NCBI GenBank assembly: GCA_004377135.1
Contig: SOHS01000160.1
Coordinates: 1-34,150, forward strand
Length of the DNA: 34,150 bases
Reading direction: 5' to 3'
From: Dehalococcoidia bacterium
GTDB taxonomy: Bacteria > Chloroflexota > Dehalococcoidia > GIF9 > AB-539-J10
Part shown: in pieces, positions 27,395 to 34,150 of the stretch
How positions within the stretch are numbered: the stretch's first letter is position 1
How the letters are laid out: each line of letters begins with the position of its first letter
Position numbers and translations under genes: made by a program
Notes under the pieces: model-generated
Database searches by the model: none
What the model was told of the DNA's origin: nothing
Seen by the model: only the letters and a program-made list of their open reading frames with translations

Positions 27395-28588
27395 CTATTG
27401 GATAGTAAAAGAAACTGAGACGAGAGAGTCTGCAGCTAAATACCCGTAGGCAGCCTCAGCATCACCCACAGGAGCAGCTTTGATAGACCAATCGTCAGGA
27501 TAACTCGTTACAAGGTACGCCTCGTTTGGAAGGTCTACCCAGACGTAATAGTAGCGTCCTCCAGCAACAGTGATGGTAGCTGGTGTTTCGTGATTAGTTC
27601 CATTCACTGGCTTCTCAGTATCTTTGTCTATAGCCCACTCACCAACGGTATCATCCCAGATAAATATTACAGCCCCCGGCCCCTGAGCTATGGTAACATT
27701 AAGACTGGCGAACGTTTTAAGGACAGTAACGGTGACGGTAGCTGTATCGGTACCGCCATTACCATCACTTATGGTGTAGGTGAAGTTATCGATACCATTG
27801 AAGCCAGGGTCTGGGCTGTAACTAACATGGTGATCATCAATGATGGTGACGTCGCCATTAGTCCCTTGAGTTACTGAGTCCACAGTCAGTGTGTCACCAA
27901 TATCGGGATCGTAGTCGTTGTCCAGGACAGGGATGGTGACCGGGGTATGCTCATTGGTATCGGCGATATCATCTTTTGCTACTGGCATTAGATTAGGTGG
28001 CTGACCGGGTATCATAATGCATTGTTCCCCCTCGGGGACCTGCAGTTCCACACCCTGTGCAATGGCATATATGTTCCCTTCCAGATTAGTTGCCAATGTC
28101 GTGCCGTCTTCATATTCCAAGTGATCGAAGATGACCTGAATTCTCACGCCACTGCCCCTCACTCCCACCACGCCACTTGGTGTTTCGACCTCATAGCTAG
28201 ATGCCGGGTCGAGAATCTTTGTCACGCGGCTTATGGTGTCCCCTATCATCTGCTCCAGAGTGATGGTTGTGACGCCAGTGTCGCAGGCAAGATCGAGTGA
28301 GAGAATTTCGATCTCGGTGCCAGCCTCCAGTTCCATAGTGCTGCCATCAAAAAAAGTAATTTCGGCACTGGAATTACCGCCGGTCTTTATGGTATCTCCC
28401 ACTTCTAATTCCATCTCGACCTCCGCTTCTGTCCAATCATCCGTACCTGTCTTCATCACGGATACTTCCCCCTCGGTTATCGAAAGTATAGTAAGCGTCG
28501 AAGGACATGGCGAACCCCCGCCACAGCCGACTAAAGCTGAGGCCACTAGAATAGTCAGAGTAAGTATTAACAGCAATTTTTTACGCAT
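27395..28588 (-). CDS. FecR-domain lipoprotein with one Ig/cadherin-like repeat and an unrecognised C-terminal domain (paralog 1)
   Basis: Lipobox LVGC; FecR (GDTIKTG, FFDGS, ETPSGVVGVRG); VLDNDYDPD...FTYTISDGNGGTDTATVTVTV. Confidence 0.85.
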   Translation of the reverse strand: MRKKLLLILTLTILVASALVGCGGGSPCPSTLTILSITEGEVSVMKTGTDDWTEAEVEMELEVGDTIKTGGNSSAEITFFDGSTMELEAGTEIEILSLDLACDTGVTTITLEQMIGDTISRVTKILDPASSYEVETPSGVVGVRGSGVRIQVIFDHLEYEDGTTLATNLEGNIYAIAQGVELQVPEGEQCIMIPGQPPNLMPVAKDDIADTNEHTPVTIPVLDNDYDPDIGDTLTVDSVTQGTNGDVTIIDDHHVSYSPDPGFNGIDNFTYTISDGNGGTDTATVTVTVLKTFASLNVTIAQGPGAVIFIWDDTVGEWAIDKDTEKPVNGTNHETPATITVAGGRYYYVWVDLPNEAYLVTSYPDDWSIKAAPVGDAEAAYGYLAADSLVSVSFTIQ

Positions 28589-28773
28589 GGTAGGCTTTCT
28601 ATAAGTGCTGCGGAGGGTTTTACTAGCAGCATAGGCTTCTGAGGATATATATTGTTTATCTGCAATGCTTTACTGGCACGCAACTTGTAATTTCTCTCAG
28701 CTAATTTTTTAAATTTTTTAGCTACTGAGAGGTATTAATAATAGTCCGGCAACCCAGCTAACCCCTTCTAGTC

Positions 28774-30291
28774 TTAAGTAATTTCACCAAAATGAACCGG
28801 GTAGTTAGAGCCTGCGGCTGCATATCCATAAGCAGCACCAGCATCACCTACAGGAGCAGATGTGATAATCCAATCCTTAGCCTTAGGCCAGTTCTTTACA
28901 TAGTACACGGTGCCTTCCGCCTCTACCCAGACATAATAATAGTGTCCTGCAGCAACAGCAATGGTATTAGATGTCACGTGATTCGTCCCATCTACTAGCT
29001 CTTGAGTATCCACGTCTGTAGCCCACCCATCAGTGGTATCGTCCCAAATAAATATTGAAGCCGTCGGCCCCGTATCTATTTGAACATTGATAGTGGCAGG
29101 CGTTTCAGTGACAGTAACGTTGACGGTGACGGTAGCCGTATCGGTACCGCCGTTACCATCGCTGATGGTGTAGGTGAAGCTATCGATGCCAGTGAAGTTA
29201 AGGGCCGGGGTGTAGGTGACATTGCCGCCATTATTGATGACTGAGCCGTTAGCCCCTTGAGTTACTGAGTCCACAGTCAGTGTATCACCGTCGACATCGG
29301 AGTCGTTATCCAGGACATCGATGATAACGGGGGTATCCTCATCGGTAATGGCACTATCGTTTACTGCTACTGGCGGGTCGTTGACACCATTAACAGTAAT
29401 GGTCACAGTGGCGGTATCGGTACCGCCATCGCTATCGGATACCGTGTAGGTGAAGCTGTCCGTGGTTGAGCTGCCAGCCTGCAGATACTCGAATTGTCCA
29501 TCAGGGTTATAGGCGAAGGAGCCATCTGCATCCCAGGCATTGACTGCACCTACAGTCCCGCTCGTATCCAGTGCGGTTACAGTCAAGGTATCGCCAACAT
29601 CGGGGTCGGAATCATTGCTCAGGACTCCCGGAGCGGCAACAGTTACTGGGTTGTCCTCATCGGTAGTGGCGGCATCGTCCTCTGCCACCGGGGGATTATT
29701 CACGAGCTCAGGCTCCTGACCGGACGCAATGATTCCTGTTCGCCCCTCGGGTATCGGCAGTTCCACGCCCTCCCCAATGGCATATATATTCCCTTCTTCA
29801 TTAGTTATCAAGGTTGTGCCATTTCCGCCAACCGTAACTATCATAGTACTACCTCTCACCCCCGCCACACCAGTTGGTGTTTCAATTTCGTAGCTAGATG
29901 CTGGGTCGAGAAGCTTTGTCACGCGGCTTATGGTGGTCCCTATTGTCTGCTCAAGAGTAATGGTCGTGACGCCAGTGTCACAGGCAAGATCGAGTGAGAG
30001 AATTTCGATCTCGGTGCCCGCCTCCATTTCCATAGTGCTGCCGTCAAAAAAAGTAATTTCGGCACCAGAATCATCGCCGGTCTTTATGGCATCTCCGATC
30101 TCTAATTCCATCTCAGACACCGCTCCTACCCAATCGTCCGTACCTTCCTTCATTACGGACACATCACCCTCGGTTATGGAAAGTATAGTAAGCGTTGAAG
30201 GACATTGCGACCCCCCACCGCCGTCACAGCCGACTAAAGCTAAGGACACCAGAATAGACAGAACAAGCATTGACAGCAGTTTTTTACGCAT
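28774..30291 (-). CDS. FecR-domain lipoprotein with two Ig/cadherin-like repeats and the same C-terminal domain (paralog 2)
   Basis: Lipobox LVGC; start moved to ATG 30291 (MRKKLL) with AAGGAG RBS; two NxPPVAxDD-type repeats. Confidence 0.85.
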   Translation of the reverse strand: MRKKLLSMLVLSILVSLALVGCDGGGGSQCPSTLTILSITEGDVSVMKEGTDDWVGAVSEMELEIGDAIKTGDDSGAEITFFDGSTMEMEAGTEIEILSLDLACDTGVTTITLEQTIGTTISRVTKLLDPASSYEIETPTGVAGVRGSTMIVTVGGNGTTLITNEEGNIYAIGEGVELPIPEGRTGIIASGQEPELVNNPPVAEDDAATTDEDNPVTVAAPGVLSNDSDPDVGDTLTVTALDTSGTVGAVNAWDADGSFAYNPDGQFEYLQAGSSTTDSFTYTVSDSDGGTDTATVTITVNGVNDPPVAVNDSAITDEDTPVIIDVLDNDSDVDGDTLTVDSVTQGANGSVINNGGNVTYTPALNFTGIDSFTYTISDGNGGTDTATVTVNVTVTETPATINVQIDTGPTASIFIWDDTTDGWATDVDTQELVDGTNHVTSNTIAVAAGHYYYVWVEAEGTVYYVKNWPKAKDWIITSAPVGDAGAAYGYAAAGSNYPVHFGEIT

Positions 30292-30367
30292 CGTAGGTCT
30301 CCTTATAATTTCTCTCAACTGATTTTGACTTTTTTAGCTGCTAATGTGATAATCCAAATAGCATTGG

Positions 30368-30429
30368 ATAGTACATTAGTACAATGTACTAAAGTACTAT
30401 ATTATATTATGGTACAAGCGATATGTCAA
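30368..30429 (-). promoter_or_regulatory. Consensus promoter TTGACA-N17-TATAAT followed by a 33-bp operator-like inverted repeat
   Basis: -35 at 30429-30424, -10 at 30406-30401; ATAGTACATTAGTACA-A-TGTACTAAAGTACTAT (30368-30400), 15/16 symmetric. Confidence 0.8.
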
Positions 30430-30618
30430 TAGGGTTTTACTTTGGGAGCGGAAGGGGTCCAGCGCAGCAGAAGTAACCTTTCACCAGGCTGTAAGTAGAG
30501 GGTGTTACCAGTGTCTGAGTAGGTGGTTGAAAAGTCGGCCGCTGCCGTGCGGGGAGGCCGTATCTCAGCTACACTGGTGTTGTCCAAGTCGGTGTCCGTA
30601 TGCACATGTTTGACATCA

Positions 30619-31413
30619 TTAGTCGATACCATTAATGGTAATGGTTACGGTAGCGGTATCGTTGCCGCCACAAGCATCGGATACCGTGTAGGTGAAACTA
30701 TCGGTGGTTGAGTTGCCAGCCTCCAAGTAGTCGAATTGTCCATTAGGGTCATAGGTGAAGGCGCCACGCGGGCCCCAGGCGATGACTGCACCTAGAGTCC
30801 CGCTCGTATTTACTGCGATTACAGTCAGGAGATCATAGACATCGGGGTCGAAATCATTGAACAATACTCCCGGACGAGTAACGGTCACCGGGTGAAACTC
30901 AGCGGTAACGAAGGCATCGTCTTGTGCCAATGGCGGTAGGTTCGGGGGCATCAGCTCAGGCGGCAGGCCAGGTATAATAAGGCCTCTTCGGCCCTTGGGG
31001 ATCAGCAGTTCCACACCGTGCGCCCCGGTCCATACATCTCCTTCCTGATTAACTATCCAGGTTGTGCCGTTTCCGGTGACACCAACTACCGTAGTAGCAG
31101 GTCTTGCCCTCATACTTGTCACACCGGATGGAGTTACAGTTTCGTAGCTAGATGCGGGGTCAAGGAGCTGTGTCAAGCGGCTTATCACGGTCCCGATTGT
31201 CTGCGTAATAGTAACAGTTGTACCGCCAGTATCGGTGGAAACATCGAGTGAAGTAATCTCGATCTCGGTATCGGCCTCTAATTCCATAGTGTTACCATCA
31301 AAAAAGGTGATTTCAGCGTTAGAATTATTGCCGGTCTTCACAGTGTCTCCGACTTCTAAGGACATCCCAACCTGCCCTTCCGTCCAACTGTCCGTACCTG
31401 CCTCCATCACGGA
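30619..31413 (-). pseudogene. Third FecR + Ig-repeat paralog, lacking the signal peptide/lipobox and the shared C-terminal domain
   Basis: Homology to paralogs 1/2 starts at SVMEAGTDSW (~31413) and ends at TATVTITINGID*. Confidence 0.6.
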
Positions 31414-31420
31414 TATGACC

Positions 31421-31825
31421 ATGGCAGAGAACAGAGTAGACGAGATGGCAGGCTTATCCAAATTCCGGCAAAGTTACCGGAAATCCGAGGTCATATTTAA
31501 AGAAGGAAGCACCGGCAGTGAAATGTATCTCATCCATAGTGGGAGGGTACTGCTCTCGGTTCGGCAGAACGAAACTCGAGAGGTCCCGTTGGTTGTCCTC
31601 AATCCCGGTGGTTTTTTCGGTGAGATGGCTCTGGTGGATGACTCCCCACGGTCAGCTACTGCCTCGGCTGTCGAGGATGACACCGAGTTAATTGTCATGG
31701 ATAGGGCTAGATTCCTGTTTATGGTGCGACAACAGCCAGAATTCGCCCTTAGTCTCATGCACACTTTGTGTCGGAGACTAAGAGACATGGACAAACGATT
31801 ACCTCCTGAAGGAACCTCACCGTGA
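31421..31825 (+). CDS. Stand-alone cyclic-nucleotide-binding (cNMP) domain protein
   Basis: IFKEGSTGSEMYLIHSGRV...FFGEMALVDDSPRSATA phosphate-binding cassette; no HTH; start ATG 31421 or 31445. Confidence 0.85.
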   Translation: MAENRVDEMAGLSKFRQSYRKSEVIFKEGSTGSEMYLIHSGRVLLSVRQNETREVPLVVLNPGGFFGEMALVDDSPRSATASAVEDDTELIVMDRARFLFMVRQQPEFALSLMHTLCRRLRDMDKRLPPEGTSP

Positions 31826-32643
31826 AAGAGAAGCCACTTAGCCCTCGGGTGCAAACTAAGGCTGAAGTGCAACCAGAGGCATCCAAAGTAGTTGAGCTGA
31901 TGCCAGGAATATACCAACTTCGTGGCGAAAAGCCCGGGAGTCATGTCTATTTTATCAAGGGCGACACCAAGAATGTTCTTATTGATACCGGGGTTGCCGG
32001 CAAATTCCCCGTTTTAAAGCGTCGGTTTACTGAATTAGGCCTGCGTGTAAAGGATGTAAATCTGATTATATTAACGCATGAACATTACGACCATATTGGT
32101 GCTACCTCCTTCTTCCATCGGACTGCTGTAGTAGCTGCACACCGTTTAGCGGCCAACAAACTGGAGTTACAGGATGAATTTGTCACCTTCAGAAAGTACA
32201 AGGACCAACCCAGTAAGCCCTTCTGGGTAGATATCTGGCTGGAGGATGGTACTATAATTGACCTTGGGAATTATGAACTTCAGGTAATACATACACCAGG
32301 ACACACCTCGGGTTGCATCTGCTTATATGAGCCAAGAGCGAGATTGCTGTTCACTGGCGATACAGTATTTGCTGGAGGTACTCTGTCCGAGATAGCTGTG
32401 GGCGGTAACGTCAGCGATTATGTGAATTCGGTCCGGCGTTTGAGTAATCTAAAAATTAAGCAGCTTTACCCTGGTCATGGTAAAGTATCCAGCACACCCG
32501 ATGAAGACTTGCCCAAAGCCATAATATATGCCCAGACAATGCTTGATGACTGCAAGACTTTTTTTGAAGCTTTCATAAAGACTAGAAAACCGCAGGACAA
32601 GCTTGGATCGGCTTTTGGTTACTGGACAGAGGTCCAGGATTAA
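31822..32643 (+). CDS. Metallo-beta-lactamase-fold hydrolase (glyoxalase II-like)
   Basis: LIDTG, THEHYDHIG, HTPGHT, FTGD, PGHG; GTG start overlaps the cNMP gene stop. Confidence 0.9.
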   Translation: MKEKPLSPRVQTKAEVQPEASKVVELMPGIYQLRGEKPGSHVYFIKGDTKNVLIDTGVAGKFPVLKRRFTELGLRVKDVNLIILTHEHYDHIGATSFFHRTAVVAAHRLAANKLELQDEFVTFRKYKDQPSKPFWVDIWLEDGTIIDLGNYELQVIHTPGHTSGCICLYEPRARLLFTGDTVFAGGTLSEIAVGGNVSDYVNSVRRLSNLKIKQLYPGHGKVSSTPDEDLPKAIIYAQTMLDDCKTFFEAFIKTRKPQDKLGSAFGYWTEVQD

Positions 32644-32721
32644 GAGAAATAACCCCTTAACTAAAAGTCGCCTTTTTTATTCTCAAGTAACCTGTGCCTT
32701 ATAGATAGCTGCGTATTTCTA

Positions 32722-33492
32722 CTATAGGATAAGCTCTTCACCCTCGTGAGCAATATCAATCGAGGTCCCCAGCGACTTGGCTACTTCTCTGACTTCTCTC
32801 TCTATCTCAGGCTCATGTTGTGGACTCACGTGAATTACAGCCACCCTTGGCAGATAATTATTTACTCGACGGAACTCAATCAGTTCCTCCTTGAGCATCT
32901 CCGGACAAAGATGACCAGCATCCTTAGCTGCATTAGCGAGATTGTTGGGCCAAGTTACATCAGTTATTATTAATTGCGGAGATATGTTGCCCCATATGGA
33001 GGAAAGCCCGGGACCGGTATCGCCCGTGTAAAATAAGGTTTTTCTATCTCTAGAAGTTATTTCAAAGCCCACGCCATCAAGATTATGTCGCATAGGCACT
33101 GCCAGAATATCATAGCCTTCTATTTCCTGCCGAACAAGAGGCTCCACCGAGACTAATTGAAGTGTTGCCTTTCGCAAAAATGAAGCCTCGCTGGTAAATT
33201 TGGGGTAGACTACGTCATCAATCAGGTGTGAGGAGAGAATCTCAAGGGTCTTTGAGGTGGCGATGACTTTGGTAGTGCGGTCAGAATTGTTAAAGGCAAA
33301 AGCGGGGATCGCCCTGATATGGTCGTAATGACCATGAGAAAGCAATATCGCCTTTATCTTCTTCTGCTCGGGGAAGGTCAGTTCTGAAACCAGGCTCCCG
33401 GCATCTACAGCGAGGACATCATCAATGAGGAAAGACACGAGCCTAGTGTTTTTGGACTCCGCATTATGTGTCCCCAGGAATCTTATTATCAT
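32722..33492 (-). CDS. MBL-fold 3',5'-cyclic nucleotide phosphodiesterase (class II-like)
   Basis: IRFLG, LAVDAGSL, LSHGHYDHI, YTGDTGP, GHLCP, IH; start moved to ATG 33492 with GAGGTG RBS. Confidence 0.75.
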   Translation of the reverse strand: MIIRFLGTHNAESKNTRLVSFLIDDVLAVDAGSLVSELTFPEQKKIKAILLSHGHYDHIRAIPAFAFNNSDRTTKVIATSKTLEILSSHLIDDVVYPKFTSEASFLRKATLQLVSVEPLVRQEIEGYDILAVPMRHNLDGVGFEITSRDRKTLFYTGDTGPGLSSIWGNISPQLIITDVTWPNNLANAAKDAGHLCPEMLKEELIEFRRVNNYLPRVAVIHVSPQHEPEIEREVREVAKSLGTSIDIAHEGEELIL

Positions 33493-33692
33493 TGAAATCA
33501 CCTCGTTGCCATATCATTTATTGGTCTTTAATAAATCCGGCTAATTCACATCTTCCTTCGATGGTAGTCATAAAGACCAGTGTGTTCCCTGGCGTAACGG
33601 CATAATTTTTTTGATGGGTCTAGGTCAAATGTAGCCACCTTTGGCTTTTCCGAGGTATTAGGTGGTCTGACCACTTTATTTCCAATACAAAA

Positions 33693-33734
33693 TCGGGGTG
33701 AGAGGATTTGAACCTCCGACCACCTGAACCCCAT
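33693..33734 (-). repeat. 3' half of tRNA-Pro(GGG), att-site remnant
   Basis: Minus strand ATGGGGT-TCAGG-TGGTC-GGAGGTTCAAATCCTCTCACCCCGA; 33693-33721 is identical to tRNA-Pro 1076-1104 but the anticodon arm differs; no 5' half. Confidence 0.85.
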
Positions 33735-33773
33735 ATAGCTAGTAGAAAAGGCAGCGACCGCTTGCCTCCTTTC
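33728..33773. repeat. Dispersed hairpin-containing repeat, copy 3, fused to the tRNA-Pro(GGG) fragment
   Basis: ACCCCATATAGCTAGTAGAAAAGGCAGCGACCGCTTGCCTCCTTTC. Confidence 0.9.
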
Positions 33774-33980
33774 TGAGAGAGATCCTAGCAAATATTAACC
33801 GGAGAGGTCAATGCGCTACTAGCCATTTGCCGAGCGCAACAATCCGATATTCTGCATTGCTAGATAACGAAACAGGTTCTGGTGCAACAATCAAGCCTAT
33901 TATCTGATTCTTTCTCAGCTATACTCTGAGCCTCGGAGTAGTTGTCTCGCCACTCACACTAACATGGGCAGGGGTGAGGC

Positions 33981-34150
33981 TCAATTCAGGTCCCAGCCGC
34001 CGACATCGCACTGCCCGTCGTCGTTCTGTCCCACAGCCACCACCTGGCCGTTCGCCCTAAGTCCCACGGTATGATAGCTGCCTGCGGTGACCTGGACTAT
34101 GTACGGCCAGCCGCCGACATCGCAGTGCCCGTCATAGTGCCACCCCGAGG
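33981..34150 (-). CDS. C-terminus of an RCC1-repeat protein (partial, not in ORF track)
   Basis: Manual translation: SGWHYDGHCDVGGWPYIVQVTAGSYHTVGLRANGQVVAVGQNDDGQCDVGGWDLN*. Confidence 0.85.
   Translation of the reverse strand, partial: SGWHYDGHCDVGGWPYIVQVTAGSYHTVGLRANGQVVAVGQNDDGQCDVGGWDLN

Noticed and set aside
27395-31413. Diversity-generating retroelement VR/TR pair among the FecR paralogs
   Set aside because: No reverse transcriptase in the window; differences are spread through the genes, include indels and do not look adenine-specific
31235-31420. N-terminal extension of the cNMP ORF
   Set aside because: It is the antisense shadow of the FecR domain; the same shadow appears at 28233 and 29930
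25392-33492. Pycsar/CBASS-type antiphage system
   Set aside because: The cyclase has a CHASE2 sensor and adenine-specifying K/T residues; the cNMP protein has no TM or TIR effector domain
22984-33773. CRISPR array
   Set aside because: Only three copies, separated by ~0.9 and ~9.7 kb; no regular spacers or cas genes
33546-33791. 81-aa ORF on the minus strand
   Set aside because: Reads through the repeat and the tRNA fragment; no RBS or motif

Overview
34 kb window from an anaerobic bacterium; the gene repertoire and integrase style suggest Dehalococcoidia/Chloroflexota, which is inference only. Left to right: (i) the edge of a decayed island at tRNA-Pro(TGG); (ii) a porCDAB 2-oxoacid:ferredoxin oxidoreductase operon, tRNA-Arg(CCG) and a Ca2+/cation antiporter; (iii) a ~5.9 kb decayed island in tRNA-Ser(CGA) that duplicates the 5' half of the tRNA and appears to supply a replacement promoter from inside its integrase gene, with nitrilase, amidohydrolase-2 and AOR cargo; (iv) tandem tRNA-Ser genes; (v) a GAF kinase/NarL regulator/tandem-receiver system followed by a redox operon: FdhA-like subunit lacking the Mo/W-ligating Cys/Sec, NuoE, a NuoF-GltD fusion, MetV and MetF. 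This is a candidate new type of electron-bifurcating methylene-THF reductase/transhydrogenase complex; (vi) an accessory region punctuated by three copies of a ~46-50 bp repeat whose core equals the tRNA-Pro(GGG) anticodon loop. It holds an ICMT-family protein, an orphan antitoxin, a methyltransferase and a cAMP module (CHASE2 adenylate cyclase, three FecR-Ig paralogs, a cNMP-binding protein and two MBL hydrolases including a class II PDE); (vii) a tRNA-Pro(GGG) 3' half and the end of an RCC1-repeat gene. No CRISPR array, rRNA or intact integrase/transposase was seen.
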